Assembly (NCBI GenBank): GCA_902514755.1
Contig: CABXRY010000002.1
Span: 8,608-72,607, forward strand
Direction: 5' to 3'
Length of the DNA: 64,000 nucleotides
From: an uncultured Pelagibacteraceae bacterium
GTDB taxonomy: Bacteria > Pseudomonadota > Alphaproteobacteria > Pelagibacterales > Pelagibacteraceae
This document shows, one piece after another, positions 19,530-31,558 of this stretch. The translations under genes and the position numbers were made by a program. A model generated the notes under the pieces. That model made no database searches. It was not told the origin of the DNA and worked only from the letters and a program-made list of their open reading frames with translations. Each line of letters starts with the position of its first letter. Within the stretch, counting starts at the first letter, position 1.

Positions 19530-22196
19530 ATGGCAGACAAATCATTAAATGAAATAAGAGATACATTCTTAAAATATTTTGAAAAGAATGATCATAGAAT
19601 TGTAGAGTCTAGTAACTTAGTCCCCAATAATGATCCTACCTTAATGTTTGCTAACTCAGGAATGGTTCAGTTTAAAAATGTATTTACTGGTCTTGAGAAA
19701 AGAGATTATAAAAGAGCTACTACATCACAAAAGTGTGTAAGAGCAGGTGGAAAACATAATGATTTAGAAAATGTTGGCTACACACCAAGGCATCATACAT
19801 TTTTTGAAATGTTGGGAAATTTTTCATTTGGAGATTATTTTAAAGAGCAAGCAATCCACTATGCATGGGATTTAATTACTAGAGATTTTGGAATAGATAA
19901 AAATCGTCTATATGTAACAGTTTATCATGAGGATGATGAAGCCTTCAATTTTTGGAAGAAAATAGCTGGTTTTAGCGATGATAGGATTATTAGAATTGCA
20001 ACATCTGATAATTTTTGGTCAATGGGTGAGACAGGTCCGTGTGGACCATGCTCAGAAATTTTCTATGATCATGGTGATCATTTAGCTGGAGGGCTTCCAG
20101 GTACAAAAGATGAAGATGGAGATCGATTTATAGAAATATGGAACTTAGTCTTCATGCAATTTGAGCAAATTTCTAAAGAAAAAAGAATTGATCTACCAAA
20201 ACCATCAGTTGATACAGGGATGGGCCTTGAAAGAATTGCTGCATTATTGCAGGGAACTCATGATAATTATGAAACAGATCATTTTAAAAAGATAATTAAT
20301 TCAGCCTCTGAAATACTAAAAGTTAAATCTGATAATTATAATCTTTCAAGCTTTAGAGTTATTGCAGATCATTTAAGAGCGAGTTCATTTTTAATTGCAG
20401 AGGGTGTATTACCTTCTAATGAAGGTAGAGGTTATGTACTTAGAAGAATTATGAGAAGAGGAATGAGACACTCTCATTTATTAGGATCTAAAGAACCAGT
20501 TTTTTTTAATTTATTTGAAACTTTAAGAGATGAGATGAAAGGAAACTATCCAGAATTAGTTAGAGCTGAATCTTTAATTAAAGAAACATTAAAGATGGAA
20601 GAAGAAAAATTTTTAGTCCTATTAGACAGAGGAATTAAAATTTTAAATGAAGAGATTTCTAAAATAGATAAAGTTTTACCTGGAGAAGTAGCTTTTAAAT
20701 TGTATGACACTTATGGATTTCCACTAGATTTAACTGAAGATATTTTAAGAAACAAATCTATGTCAATTGACTCAGAAAAATTTCAATTATTAATGAAAGA
20801 AAGTAGAGAACTTGCTAAGAAAAATTGGAAAGGTTCAGGTGATGCAGCTGTAGAAGATGTTTGGTTTGGTATAAAAGATAAATTAGGAGCAACTGAATTT
20901 CTTGGTTATGAGACTAATCAAGCTGAAGGCGAAGTACTTTCTTTATTAAAAAATAACAAAGAAGTAGAAAAATTAAATAATGGCGAAGAGGGAATAATTA
21001 TTGTTAATCAAACTCCTTTTTATGGTGAGTCTGGAGGCCAAGTAGGTGACACTGGAGAAATTATAGGAAATGATTTTGAATTTATAGTAACTGATGTTCA
21101 AAAAAAATTAGGTGATTTATTCGTTCATTATGGAAAAGTAATTAATGGATCAATTAAATTAAAAGATAACGTTGAATTAAAAATCAATGTAGAAAAACGA
21201 GATGATACTAGAGCATATCACTCTGCAACACATTTATTGCACGAGTCATTGAGAAGAGTTTTGGGTAAACATGTAACACAAAAAGGATCTTTAGTAGAGC
21301 CAAGCCGATTAAGGTTTGATTTTAGCCATATGAAACCAATACAAACAGAAGAAATCGATAAAATAGAAGGTTTCGTAAACAATATGGTTTCAAAAAAATC
21401 AGATGTAAAAACACGATTAATGACACCTGATGAGGCAGTTGAAAACGGAGCATTAGCACTTTTTGGTGAAAAATATGGAGAGGAAGTAAGAGTTCTTTCA
21501 ATGGGAGATGATGATGGTAGTTATTTTTCAACTGAATTATGTGGTGGAACCCATGTTAGAAATACTGGGGATATTGGTAAATTTAAGATTGTTAGCCAAT
21601 CGTCAATTGCTGCAGGAGTTAGAAGAATAGAAGCACTAAGAGATAAACAATTAGAGGATTACCTTAATAATAAAGAGAAATTATCAAATATTTCTTCAGA
21701 AAAAAATGATCAAATTATCAATAATTTATCTGAGCAAATAACAGAGCTAGGTGGAAAACCGTCTTTAGAGAAAATTGATCAAAAAATTTTAATTAAAAAT
21801 TTAACAAAACAACTAGAAACTATTTCAGTAAATTCAATATTAGAAGATAAGACAAAAAATATAATTAAAGATGAAGAAATTGATGGAATTAAAATACGAT
21901 TTCAAAATGTAGATGGTTTACCTCCTAAAGAGTTAAGAAAACTTGTGGACAAAGGAAAAAAAGAATTAAGTGAAGGTATAATAATTGTATTTGCAGCTAA
22001 AGACGATAAAGTTGGGATTGCAGTAGGTGTAACTGATACATTAATTAATAAATTTGATGCTGTTAAATTTGTTAAAACTGGTTCTGAAATTATTGGTGGA
22101 CAGGGTGGAGGTGGAAGAAAAGACTTCGCGCAAGCAGGTGGTCAGGATAAATCTAAAATTGACGAAGCTTTTGAAAAGCTTAAAACTTTAATTTAA
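19530..22196 (+). CDS. alaS: Alanine-tRNA ligase
   Basis: [34 protein letters not shown] and ELCGGTH editing motifs. Confidence 0.99.
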   Translation: MADKSLNEIRDTFLKYFEKNDHRIVESSNLVPNNDPTLMFANSGMVQFKNVFTGLEKRDYKRATTSQKCVRAGGKHNDLENVGYTPRHHTFFEMLGNFSFGDYFKEQAIHYAWDLITRDFGIDKNRLYVTVYHEDDEAFNFWKKIAGFSDDRIIRIATSDNFWSMGETGPCGPCSEIFYDHGDHLAGGLPGTKDEDGDRFIEIWNLVFMQFEQISKEKRIDLPKPSVDTGMGLERIAALLQGTHDNYETDHFKKIINSASEILKVKSDNYNLSSFRVIADHLRASSFLIAEGVLPSNEGRGYVLRRIMRRGMRHSHLLGSKEPVFFNLFETLRDEMKGNYPELVRAESLIKETLKMEEEKFLVLLDRGIKILNEEISKIDKVLPGEVAFKLYDTYGFPLDLTEDILRNKSMSIDSEKFQLLMKESRELAKKNWKGSGDAAVEDVWFGIKDKLGATEFLGYETNQAEGEVLSLLKNNKEVEKLNNGEEGIIIVNQTPFYGESGGQVGDTGEIIGNDFEFIVTDVQKKLGDLFVHYGKVINGSIKLKDNVELKINVEKRDDTRAYHSATHLLHESLRRVLGKHVTQKGSLVEPSRLRFDFSHMKPIQTEEIDKIEGFVNNMVSKKSDVKTRLMTPDEAVENGALALFGEKYGEEVRVLSMGDDDGSYFSTELCGGTHVRNTGDIGKFKIVSQSSIAAGVRRIEALRDKQLEDYLNNKEKLSNISSEKNDQIINNLSEQITELGGKPSLEKIDQKILIKNLTKQLETISVNSILEDKTKNIIKDEEIDGIKIRFQNVDGLPPKELRKLVDKGKKELSEGIIIVFAAKDDKVGIAVGVTDTLINKFDAVKFVKTGSEIIGGQGGGGRKDFAQAGGQDKSKIDEAFEKLKTLI

Positions 22197-23402
22197 TTTC
22201 TTTTTAAGATTACCATCAATTTCATCTAAAAATTGATTGGTAGTTAAATATTTGCTAGATGGACCCACGAGTATAGCCAGATCTTTTGTCATTGAACCAT
22301 TTTCAACACATTCAATACAAACTTTTTCAATAGTTTGAGCAAATTTAATTAAATCGTCATTGTTATCTAGCTTTCCTCTATGAGCTAATCCTCTAGTCCA
22401 TGCAAAAATAGATGCAATAGGATTTGTAGAAGTTTCTTTACCCTGTTGGTGCATTCTATAATGTCTGGTAACTGTCCCATGGGCAGCTTCTGCCTCCATT
22501 ACTTTTCCATCTGGAGTTAATAAAGTACTGGTCATTAAACCTAAAGAACCATAACCTTGGGCCATGGTATCTGATTGAACATCACCATCATAATTTTTAC
22601 ATGCCCAAATATATTTACCACTCCACTTCATTGCACATGCAACCATGTCATCAATTAATCGATGTTCATATGTTAAATTATTTTTTTCAAAATCTTCTTT
22701 ATATTCGTTGTCAAAAATTTCCTGAAATATGTCTTTAAATCTGCCATCATATTGTTTGAGAATTGTATTTTTTGTAGACAAATAAACTGGCCATTTTTTT
22801 ATCAACCCATAGCTAAAACAAGATCGTGCGAAGTCACTTATGGATTTATCTAAATTGTACATTGAAAGAGCCACACCAGGGCCAGTAAAATTAAATACCT
22901 CATATTTTATCTCATCTTTTCCATCTTCAGATGTCCATTTTACTTCCATTTTACCTTTGCCAGGTACCTTAAAGTCAGTTGCTCTATATTGATCACCAAA
23001 AGCATGTCTTCCAATCACCACCGGATCTGTCCATGATGGCACAAGTTTTGGAATATTTTTGCAAATAATAGGCTCTCTAAAAACAGTACCACCGATAATA
23101 TTTCTTATTGTTCCATTTGGGGATTTCCACATTTTCTTTAAGTCAAATTCTTCAACTCTAGCTTCATCAGGAGTTATTGTTGCACATTTGATACCTACAC
23201 CCACTTTTTTTATTGCATTAGCTGATTCAATTGTGATCTGATCGTCAGTGTTATCACGACTTTTCATTCCTAAATCGTAGTATTCAATTCCTAAATCAAG
23301 ATATGGAAGAATGAGTTTGTTTTTTATAAAGTCCCATATAATTCGAGTCATTTCGTCACCATCTAACTCTACAACTGGGTTATTTACCTTGATTTTACTC
23401 AT
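22188..23402 (-). CDS. icd: NADP-dependent isocitrate dehydrogenase (subfamily II)
   Basis: [47 protein letters not shown]. Confidence 0.97.
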   Translation of the reverse strand: MSKIKVNNPVVELDGDEMTRIIWDFIKNKLILPYLDLGIEYYDLGMKSRDNTDDQITIESANAIKKVGVGIKCATITPDEARVEEFDLKKMWKSPNGTIRNIIGGTVFREPIICKNIPKLVPSWTDPVVIGRHAFGDQYRATDFKVPGKGKMEVKWTSEDGKDEIKYEVFNFTGPGVALSMYNLDKSISDFARSCFSYGLIKKWPVYLSTKNTILKQYDGRFKDIFQEIFDNEYKEDFEKNNLTYEHRLIDDMVACAMKWSGKYIWACKNYDGDVQSDTMAQGYGSLGLMTSTLLTPDGKVMEAEAAHGTVTRHYRMHQQGKETSTNPIASIFAWTRGLAHRGKLDNNDDLIKFAQTIEKVCIECVENGSMTKDLAILVGPSSKYLTTNQFLDEIDGNLKKKLN

Positions 23403-23478
23403 TAAAATAATTTTATCTTATTAATTGAATTTGATTGGTTTATATACATATTAATCAAAAATTAGCAATTAGAAGAAT

Positions 23479-24126
23479 ATGTTTAGCAAGATATTTCCAC
23501 CAATACATGCAGAAGGTTATAAGTTTTTAATAATTTCTGTAATTGTTACTTTAGTTCTTTTAGCCTTTAGTGGTTTTTTAGGAACCATAGGAATTCTTTT
23601 AACGATCTGGGTGTATTATTTTTTTAGAGATCCAGAAAGAACTATAATTGAAGACGATAACTATTTGGTAAGTCCAGCAGATGGTGAAGTGATTAAAGTT
23701 GAAGAAGTAGATGGACCTAAAGAAGTTGGTTTAGAAAATCGAAAGTTTAAAAAGATAAGTATATTTATGAATGTATTTGATTGCCATGTAAATAGAACAC
23801 CATGCTCTGGAACTGTTGAAGAAATTTTATATAAACCTGGAAAATTTCTAAATGCATCATTTGATAAAGCTAGCGAAGATAATGAGAGAAATTATTATAA
23901 GATCAAAGATAATGCAGGAAATAATATTATTGTTGTTCAAATAGCAGGCTTAATTGCAAGACGAATAGTTTGTGAAACAAATAATGGGCAAATACTAAGT
24001 CAAGGAGAAAGAATTGGCATGATTAGGTTTGGAAGTCGTGCAGATGTTTACTACGAAAACTATGATCCAATAGTAAAAGTTGGCCAAAAAACAATTTCAG
24101 GTGAAACTTTATTGGCTAAAAATTAA
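23479..24126 (+). CDS. psd: Phosphatidylserine decarboxylase proenzyme
   Basis: FFRDPER, SPADG, HVNRTP, IRFGSR self-cleavage site. Confidence 0.95.
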   Translation: MFSKIFPPIHAEGYKFLIISVIVTLVLLAFSGFLGTIGILLTIWVYYFFRDPERTIIEDDNYLVSPADGEVIKVEEVDGPKEVGLENRKFKKISIFMNVFDCHVNRTPCSGTVEEILYKPGKFLNASFDKASEDNERNYYKIKDNAGNNIIVVQIAGLIARRIVCETNNGQILSQGERIGMIRFGSRADVYYENYDPIVKVGQKTISGETLLAKN

Positions 24127-24128
24127 TT

Positions 24129-24932
24129 ATGGAACAGCCCAAAAATAATCTCAAGGTAATTTCTGAGAAGAAAAATGTAAGAATGATCTTACCAAACATG
24201 TTAACTTTAATAGGGGTTTGTATAGGGCTTACATCAATTAGATTTTCTTTTAATGGACAGTTTGATCTTGCTATAATAGCAATTATTTTTGCAGCATTAA
24301 TTGATGGATTAGATGGAAGGATTGCAAGACTAATCAAAGGGACATCAAAAGTTGGAAAAGAACTAGACTCTTTAACTGATATGATAAGTTTTGGAGTAGC
24401 ACCAGCATTTATTATGTATTTTTGGACTTTAAGTTCACTTGGAAGATTAGGTTGGTTGATATGTTTGATTTATGTGATTTGTGTAGCTTTAAGATTAGCA
24501 AGATTTAATATTAATTCGAATCAGGAACCATCTTGGAGAGATAATTTTTTTGAAGGTGTTCCATCTCCAGCTGGAGGAATTTTAGTTTTAACCCCATTAG
24601 TTATTAGTATGACAAATTTTGATTTGATCAAAATTGACAATAATATTATTGCTTCAATTTTTTTTATTGTTACATCTTTATTATTGATAAGCAAATTTCC
24701 AACATACTCATTTAAAAAAATAGTTATTCAGAGACAAACAACGATTTTTTTATTGTTCGGGATTGTATTATTTTTTGGATTTATACTTATCTATCCTTTT
24801 GTAGCAATTTCAATAAGCGCTATTCTTTATTTGCTAATGTTTCCAATAAGTTATTTTCATTATAATAAATTAAAAAAACAAGATGCTGATAAAACCAGCA
24901 TAGAAGATGATGATTTTGAAGACATTTTATAA
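24129..24932 (+). CDS. pssA: CDP-diacylglycerol-serine O-phosphatidyltransferase
   Basis: DGLDGRIAR...GKELDSLTD, RLARFN; follows psd. Confidence 0.93.
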   Translation: MEQPKNNLKVISEKKNVRMILPNMLTLIGVCIGLTSIRFSFNGQFDLAIIAIIFAALIDGLDGRIARLIKGTSKVGKELDSLTDMISFGVAPAFIMYFWTLSSLGRLGWLICLIYVICVALRLARFNINSNQEPSWRDNFFEGVPSPAGGILVLTPLVISMTNFDLIKIDNNIIASIFFIVTSLLLISKFPTYSFKKIVIQRQTTIFLLFGIVLFFGFILIYPFVAISISAILYLLMFPISYFHYNKLKKQDADKTSIEDDDFEDIL

Positions 24933-25831
24933 TGAAAGAAAATGTTATTATATCTCTGGCAGACTCAAATTACTTTGAGTTGTTAAATGAATTAGTAGAC
25001 TCAGTAAAACGGTTCAAAGAGTGCGAAAATACTGCAATTTGTATTATGGATGCAGGGCTAACTAATGAACAAAAATCAATTTTGTCATCAAAAGTTGATG
25101 AAATAAAACCAGCAGATTGGGACATTGAAGTTCCAGACTTTAAAGTTAAAGGAAGAGAATGGTTAAAAAGCCAAGTGTCTAGAGCTTTTTTACCAAAGTA
25201 TTTTCCTAATTATAAAAAATATTTATGGATTGATGCAGACGCTTGGGTTAATTCCTGGGAAGCAATAGAGTTGTACTTTAAAGGTTGTGAAAATCAAAAA
25301 TTATCAATCTCAACATCAGCTGATAGAGCCTATGGTAGAGTTTTAAGGGCAGAATGGTTAATTGGAAGTTTAGCAAAAATAAAATCTCAAAATTATAAAC
25401 ATGCAAAATCTTCTGGGTTTTCAGAAAAAATTGCAAGACAAGTTGCTCTTAAACCACATTTGAATATTGGTGTTTTTGCATTAGAAGAAAATGCTCCTCA
25501 TTGGGAAGTTTGGCAAAAAAATTTAAAAACTGCTTTGAAGGAAGGCAAAATTTGGGGATCAGAACAAATTGCAATGAATATTACAATTTATACAGATAAC
25601 TTACAGGTAGAAATATTACCTGCTTATTGTAATTGGACTCATATTGATGGAATTAAGTTTGATGAAAACAGAAATACTTTAGTAGAACCTTATTTACCAA
25701 ATCATCAAATTGGTATTGTTCATTTTGCTGGCAAAAATAATGATGCAATAAGAAATAATAAAGATCATATTTCCAAGGTAGAAACTGTTGATGGAAAAAT
25801 AATAGATAAGAAATTAAGATTTAGAAACTAG
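24932..25831 (+). CDS. GT-A fold glycosyltransferase (GT8-like)
   Basis: LADSNYF, SRAFLPKYFP, LWIDADAW (DxD), NIGVF, SEQIAMN, IVHFAG. Confidence 0.7.
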   Translation: MKENVIISLADSNYFELLNELVDSVKRFKECENTAICIMDAGLTNEQKSILSSKVDEIKPADWDIEVPDFKVKGREWLKSQVSRAFLPKYFPNYKKYLWIDADAWVNSWEAIELYFKGCENQKLSISTSADRAYGRVLRAEWLIGSLAKIKSQNYKHAKSSGFSEKIARQVALKPHLNIGVFALEENAPHWEVWQKNLKTALKEGKIWGSEQIAMNITIYTDNLQVEILPAYCNWTHIDGIKFDENRNTLVEPYLPNHQIGIVHFAGKNNDAIRNNKDHISKVETVDGKIIDKKLRFRN

Positions 25832-26443
25832 TTGAAAAAAAATAAAATTTCAAAAAATTGGGTTAATAAACAAAGAAGGGATACTTACGTTAAACAATCT
25901 AAAGTCGATGGATATAGAGCAAGATCAGTTTATAAGTTAATTGAAATTGATGATAAATTTAAAATATTCAAAGGTGGTATTACAGTAATAGATATTGGAG
26001 CAGCTCCTGGAAGCTGGTCTCAATATGCTGAAAAGGTCACAAAAAGTAGAAGATTGATATCCATCGATTTAAAGAAAATGGAACCAATTGGAAATACCGT
26101 TCAAATTCAAGGAGATTTTACAGAGCAAATAATTCAAGAAGAAATAAAAAAACATACAACTACTAAAGTAGATGTTGTTATGTCAGATATGGCAGTAAAT
26201 ACGACCGGAATTAAAAATATAGACTCGATTCAAACTGGAGAATTATGCAAGGAAGCTATGTTCTTTGCTAAAAATTTATTAAAAAAGAATGGTTTTTTTA
26301 TTTCAAAGATTTTTATGGGAGGTACTTTTAACGAAATAGTCGCAGATGGAAAAAAATATTTTAAAGAAGTTAAGGTTTTCAAACCAAAATCCAGCAGAAA
26401 AAACTCTAAAGAGAGTTTTGTAATATGTAGAAATCTTAGATAG
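25832..26443 (+). CDS. rlmE: 23S rRNA Um2552 methyltransferase
   Basis: YRARSVYKL, DIGAAPGSWSQ, SDMA, KPKSSR..SKE; TTG start. Confidence 0.93.
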   Translation: MKKNKISKNWVNKQRRDTYVKQSKVDGYRARSVYKLIEIDDKFKIFKGGITVIDIGAAPGSWSQYAEKVTKSRRLISIDLKKMEPIGNTVQIQGDFTEQIIQEEIKKHTTTKVDVVMSDMAVNTTGIKNIDSIQTGELCKEAMFFAKNLLKKNGFFISKIFMGGTFNEIVADGKKYFKEVKVFKPKSSRKNSKESFVICRNLR

Positions 26444-26474
26444 AGACTTTAAATTTAAAAGGAATCGTATATAA

Positions 26475-27557
26475 ATGATCATGGTTCCTATAAAAGAAGC
26501 ACTTACCTTTGATGACGTTACTCTAGCGCCCAAATACTCAGAAATTTTACCTTCAGAAGTAAATACTGGCGTAGAATTAACAAAATATCTCAAATTAAAA
26601 ATACCTTTACTATCATCAGCTATGGATACTGTAACAGAGAGTAAAATGGCAATTGCAATAGCAAAAGAGGGAGGAATTGGGGTAATTCATAGAAATTTAA
26701 ATGTTAAAGAACAAATTATTGAAATTAAAAAAGTAAAAAAGAAAAAATTATTAGTAGGAGCAGCAGTTGGTGCTGGACCAAATGAATTTAAAAGAGCAAA
26801 AGCCTTAGTTAATGAAGGTGTAGATTTAATAGTTGTTGATACAGCACATGGTCACACAAAAAAAGTTGCTGAAATTATCAAATTTATCAAAAAGATTAAA
26901 AATAAAAAAATTGCATTATGTGGAGGTAACATTGCAACTCCAGAGGCTGCAAAATTTTTAATTAAACTAGGAGTTGATATAATTAAAATTGGGATAGGAC
27001 CAGGCTCTATTTGCACTACAAGATTAGTTGCTGGTATTGGTGTGCCACAATTGAGCGCAATATTATCTGTTAGAAATAGGATTAAAAATAAAAATATAAA
27101 AATCATTTCTGATGGTGGAATTAAATATTCAGGAGATTTGGCAAAAGCATTTGCAGCAGGAGCCGATGCAGTGATGATAGGTTCATTGTTTGCAGGTACT
27201 GATGAAGCGCCAGGAAAATTAATAAAAAAAAATGGAAAATTGTTTAAAAGTTTTAGAGGAATGGGATCTGTTGGTGCAATGAACAAAGGATCAGCAGACA
27301 GGTATTTTCAAAGCAAGCAAAACGACACGTCAAAATATGTGCCCGAAGGAGTTGAAGGATTTGCAAAGTATAAAGGTGATGTTGGTAGAATAATATATAA
27401 ATTAATAGGAGGACTTAAATCTTCTATGGGTTATCTTGGATCTAAAGACATTTTAAAACTTAGAAATAAACCTAATTTTGTGAAAATTACTAAAGCGGGT
27501 TTTTATGAGAGCATGGTACATAACGTTGATGTAATTAAAAACGATAGTAAATATTAA
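26475..27557 (+). CDS. guaB: IMP dehydrogenase lacking the CBS subdomain
   Basis: LTFDDV, SSAMDTVTE, GIGPGSICTTR, FRGMGS; only 360 aa. Confidence 0.95.
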   Translation: MIMVPIKEALTFDDVTLAPKYSEILPSEVNTGVELTKYLKLKIPLLSSAMDTVTESKMAIAIAKEGGIGVIHRNLNVKEQIIEIKKVKKKKLLVGAAVGAGPNEFKRAKALVNEGVDLIVVDTAHGHTKKVAEIIKFIKKIKNKKIALCGGNIATPEAAKFLIKLGVDIIKIGIGPGSICTTRLVAGIGVPQLSAILSVRNRIKNKNIKIISDGGIKYSGDLAKAFAAGADAVMIGSLFAGTDEAPGKLIKKNGKLFKSFRGMGSVGAMNKGSADRYFQSKQNDTSKYVPEGVEGFAKYKGDVGRIIYKLIGGLKSSMGYLGSKDILKLRNKPNFVKITKAGFYESMVHNVDVIKNDSKY

Positions 27558-27994
27558 TGCACAAAATTTTAAAAGTATTATTTTCAATTATTATAGTCAT
27601 TACAAGTTCAACTGTTGTTTTTAGTAAAGAAAATTTTTTTGATGAAGGATTAAAAAAATATCAAGATAAAAAATATGAAGAAGCAAAATTTATTTTCGAG
27701 CGAAATATAGTTTATAATCCAAAAGATGCTAAAACTTATTTGTACTTAGCTAAAATTTATAATCATCAAGATGATCAAAGAAAAGAAGAAAATAATTTAG
27801 AGACTGCATTATTAATTGACCCAAGTAATGAAGAAGCATTATTGATGTCAATGAAAATTGCCTTAAAAAAATCAAATTATTCAAAAGTAAAAACTTTATC
27901 TGAAACTTTTGTAAAAGTTTGTAATAAGTTATGTGATGAAAATGATCAAATTCAAGAGACTTTAAAAAATATAGAACCAAAAAATGAGTCTTGA
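27557..27994 (+). CDS. Exported TPR-repeat protein
   Basis: Signal peptide; TPR-like [16 protein letters not shown] and [12 protein letters not shown]. Confidence 0.75.
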   Translation: MHKILKVLFSIIIVITSSTVVFSKENFFDEGLKKYQDKKYEEAKFIFERNIVYNPKDAKTYLYLAKIYNHQDDQRKEENNLETALLIDPSNEEALLMSMKIALKKSNYSKVKTLSETFVKVCNKLCDENDQIQETLKNIEPKNES

Positions 27995-29546
27995 TCAAAA
28001 TCTTGGCAAAATTCTAATTGTTGATTTTGGTTCACAATTTACTCAATTAATAGCAAGGAGAGTAAGAGAAATAGGAGTTTTTTCTGAGATTGTAAGTCAT
28101 AAAAAAATTAAATTAAAAGATATAGATCAGACTATTAAAGGAATAATTTTGTCTGGAGGCCCGCTAAACGTTTATCAAATAAATAAATATTCATTTGATA
28201 AAAAAATTTTACAATTGAAGGTACCAGTTCTAGGTATTTGTTTTGGACATCAAATACTTTCTAAACTTAATGGCGGCAGAGTAAAACAATCAAAACACCG
28301 TGAATTTGGTTTAGCAAATATTTATAAAAAAAATAACAGTCAATTAACCACTAATTTTTTTAAAACGAGTAATACAAAAAAAGTTTGGATGAGTCATGCA
28401 GATCAAGTTTCAAGAATTCCAAAAAATTTTAGAGTAGTTGCATCAAGTACAAATTCTAAATTTGCTATTGTTGAAGATCAAATTAAAAAATTTTATGGAG
28501 TTCAGTTTCATCCTGAGGTTACACATACTGAAAATGGAAAAAAACTAATTAGTAATTTCGTTTTTCTAATATGTAAAATTAAAAAAAATTGGTCACCTAA
28601 AGATCAAAAATTACAATTAATTAAAGATGTAAGAAATCAAGTAGGATCAAATAAAGTGATTTGCGCTCTATCAGGCGGTGTTGATAGTAGTGTAGTTGCC
28701 CAACTTCTTAACAAAGCTATAGGTAAAAAATTATATTGTATTTTTGTTAACACCGGTCTTTTAAGAAAAAATGAAGAAATTCAAGTTATTCAAATTTTTA
28801 AGAAACGTTTAAAAATGAATCTAATATACGTGAATGCTGAAAAAGAATTTTTAAAAAAATTAACTAATGTTTCTGATCCAGAAAAAAAGAGAAAAATTAT
28901 TGGTAATCTATTTATTAAAATATTTGAACGTTATGCTAAGAAGATTAAAAATGTAAAATTTTTAGCTCAAGGGACTCTTTATCCAGATCTAATTGAAAGT
29001 AAATCTGTTACTGGAAGTCAAACTTCAAAAATAAAGTCTCATCATAATGTGGGAGGTTTACCCAAAAGAATGAAATTGAAGCTTGTTGAGCCGTTAAAGT
29101 TTTTATTTAAAGATGAAGTAAGAAAGCTTGGTTTAGAATTAAATCTAAGTAATGAAATTATATCAAGACATCCTTTTCCTGGTCCTGGTCTTGCAATTAG
29201 AATGCCTGGTGTAATTACAAATGAAAAAATAAAAATTTTAAAAGAAGCAGATTATTATTTTATTCAAGCATTAAGAGATCATGGACTTTATCACAAAATA
29301 TGGCAAGCTTATGCAGCTCTACTACCTGTCAAAACAGTAGGTGTTATGGGAGATAATAGAACTTATGAATATTTATGCTTGTTAAGAGCAATCACTTCCG
29401 AGGATGGTATGACGGCTGATTTTTATGAATTTAAAAAATCATTTATGCAAACTATCTCAAATCAAATTGTTAATAGCATTAGAGGTATTAATAGAGTGGT
29501 TTATGACGTTACTTCCAAGCCACCAAGCACTATTGAATTAGAATAA
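27984..29546 (+). CDS. guaA: GMP synthase (glutamine-hydrolysing)
   Basis: [41 protein letters not shown]. Confidence 0.98.
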   Translation: MSLDQNLGKILIVDFGSQFTQLIARRVREIGVFSEIVSHKKIKLKDIDQTIKGIILSGGPLNVYQINKYSFDKKILQLKVPVLGICFGHQILSKLNGGRVKQSKHREFGLANIYKKNNSQLTTNFFKTSNTKKVWMSHADQVSRIPKNFRVVASSTNSKFAIVEDQIKKFYGVQFHPEVTHTENGKKLISNFVFLICKIKKNWSPKDQKLQLIKDVRNQVGSNKVICALSGGVDSSVVAQLLNKAIGKKLYCIFVNTGLLRKNEEIQVIQIFKKRLKMNLIYVNAEKEFLKKLTNVSDPEKKRKIIGNLFIKIFERYAKKIKNVKFLAQGTLYPDLIESKSVTGSQTSKIKSHHNVGGLPKRMKLKLVEPLKFLFKDEVRKLGLELNLSNEIISRHPFPGPGLAIRMPGVITNEKIKILKEADYYFIQALRDHGLYHKIWQAYAALLPVKTVGVMGDNRTYEYLCLLRAITSEDGMTADFYEFKKSFMQTISNQIVNSIRGINRVVYDVTSKPPSTIELE

Positions 29547-29597
29547 TTTTATAATTATAAACTATTTTAATTAAGTATTTTAAATCAATTTTAAAAA

Positions 29598-30371
29598 ATG
29601 AATAAAAAAATTTTAAATTTTATAAAAAAAAAAAATAAATCAAAGATAGTGAGTTTAACAGCTTACTCTAAAAATATTGCTTCAATTTTAGATAATTTTT
29701 GTGATTTAATTTTAGTAGGTGATTCACTTGGATCAGTTTTATATAATTATAAATCTACAAGAGAGGTCACATTGAATATGATGATTGAACATTCTAAGAG
29801 CGTGAGAATGGGAGTTAAAAAAAACTTAATGGTCGTTGATATGCCCTACAACACGTACAGAAATTCTAGAGAAGCATTAATAAATGCCAAAAAAATCATG
29901 AAAAAAACTAAATGTGATGCAGTTAAATTAGAAGGTGGAAAGAAAATCTTTAAAATTGTTAAATTGTTAGTAAAAAATAATATTCCTGTTATGGGACATC
30001 TAGGTGTACTACCTCAATCAGCAAAAAATTTTAAATTTAAGGGAAAAAAAATTTCAGAACGTAAAAAAATGTTAAATGAAGCAAAATTATTAGAGTCTGC
30101 TGGAGCATTTTCAATGGTTTTAGAATGTGTAGAAAGTAGCTTGTCTAAAATTATAACTAAAAATGTTAACATTCCAACAATTGGTATTGGAGCATCAGCA
30201 AACTGCGATGGTCAAGTCTTAGTAACTGATGATCTTCTAAGTCTTAACCCAATCGATGTTAGATTTGTTAAAAAATACTCCAATATTAGAAAAGAAATTG
30301 TTAAAGCTGTTTCAAATTATTCAAAAGAAGTAAGAAAGAAAACATTTCCTTTAAAAAAACACTCTTATTAA
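29598..30371 (+). CDS. panB: 3-methyl-2-oxobutanoate hydroxymethyltransferase
   Basis: LVGDSLG, VKLEGG, MGHLGVLPQ, GIGAS..CDGQVLV. Confidence 0.95.
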   Translation: MNKKILNFIKKKNKSKIVSLTAYSKNIASILDNFCDLILVGDSLGSVLYNYKSTREVTLNMMIEHSKSVRMGVKKNLMVVDMPYNTYRNSREALINAKKIMKKTKCDAVKLEGGKKIFKIVKLLVKNNIPVMGHLGVLPQSAKNFKFKGKKISERKKMLNEAKLLESAGAFSMVLECVESSLSKIITKNVNIPTIGIGASANCDGQVLVTDDLLSLNPIDVRFVKKYSNIRKEIVKAVSNYSKEVRKKTFPLKKHSY

Positions 30372-30986
30372 TTAAAAATATTTAATAAAGTCCTCATTGA
30401 TTTTAAGTATTTCTAGGTCAACTAAACCACCAATAATTAATTGAAGTCCAACAATTAAAATAAATACCAAACCAACATAAGCAATCCACATATTTTTTTG
30501 AATATATTTCGCCATAATTGTTGCTAATGCTCCAGTTAAAACAACTGATAAAATAAGCCCAAAGATCATGAAACCAAAATACCCTTTGGCTGCACCAACT
30601 ACTCCGATCACATTATCAAAACTAATCGTAATGTCTGCAAATAATACTTTGTAAACACTGTGTATATAAGATGGTGCTTTAGATTTTTTTGCTGGAGTTT
30701 TAATTTTATTTTTCATCTCAATTAAATCTTTTCTGAGATCATTAACAATCCAAATTAAAAGCAAACCTCCTAAAATTTTAATGAAATAAAATTTAAAAAG
30801 ATAAGTTGCAAATATTGCAAAAACGACTTTAAACACGAGAGCACCAGCGACTCCCCATAAAATGATTTGTTTTCTATATTTTGGAACAAAATTAGCTGCT
30901 ATTAGACCAATAATTATGGCGTTATCAGCTGCTAAAATTATATCTATAAAGATAATTTGGAGTAATATTATGGCTTCTTCGATCAA
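30372..30986 (-). CDS. TerC/YjbE-family membrane protein
   Basis: DIILAADNAIII and ADITISFDNVIGV; the predicted start codon is TTG. Confidence 0.85.
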   Translation of the reverse strand: MIEEAIILLQIIFIDIILAADNAIIIGLIAANFVPKYRKQIILWGVAGALVFKVVFAIFATYLFKFYFIKILGGLLLIWIVNDLRKDLIEMKNKIKTPAKKSKAPSYIHSVYKVLFADITISFDNVIGVVGAAKGYFGFMIFGLILSVVLTGALATIMAKYIQKNMWIAYVGLVFILIVGLQLIIGGLVDLEILKINEDFIKYF

Positions 30987-31066
30987 AGTATTTTGATAAT
31001 ATTAAAAAATTATAGGAAAGCAATATATTATAACTAACTAATGAAATTTTTAAAATATTAATCTAA

Positions 31067-31558
31067 TTAGTATTTAGATTTTTTCTTTCCTTCGATTATT
31101 TCTTTAAGTTCATCGTATTCTTCACAATTACAAGTTTTTTAAAATAGCAAGACGTTCTCTAGCTAAATTCATTCGATTAGTTACCACATAAAGCTCACCT
31201 AAATATTCGTTAATGCCAACGTGGTTTGGTTCAATCTGTAAACCTTGCAAATAATACATTTCACCACCTTTGTAATCCCCAAGTTTTCTAGTTGTGAAAC
31301 CAAGATAATTTAGTGTATCTGCTTTATTAGGTTTTTTGCTATTAGATGCTAGTAATAGTTTTTGAGCTTCTTCGTATCTTTTCTTTGCTTTTTCTTTTTA
31401 TCTTTCTTTTCATATTTTTTTGCTGACTTAATAAGTTTAACTGCCTTATCATAATCAGATTTAACTTTAGTAGAACTATCACTACTAGTCCCTGCTGAAT
31501 ATGAACTTACACCTAGCAAAGTAAGTATCGAAAAAGTTAATAAAATTTTTTTAATCAT
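31067..31558 (-). pseudogene. Exported TPR protein interrupted by two opposite homopolymer frameshifts (real or sequencing artefact)
   Basis: Adding one A near 31395-31399 continues the frame as EKAKKRYEEAQKLL..ADTLNYLGFTTRKLGDY..GLQIEPNHVGINEYLGELY. Removing one A at 31135-31140 gives ...LKTCNCEEYDELKEIIEGKKKSKY*. The total span is 492 nt (164 codons). Confidence 0.8.
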
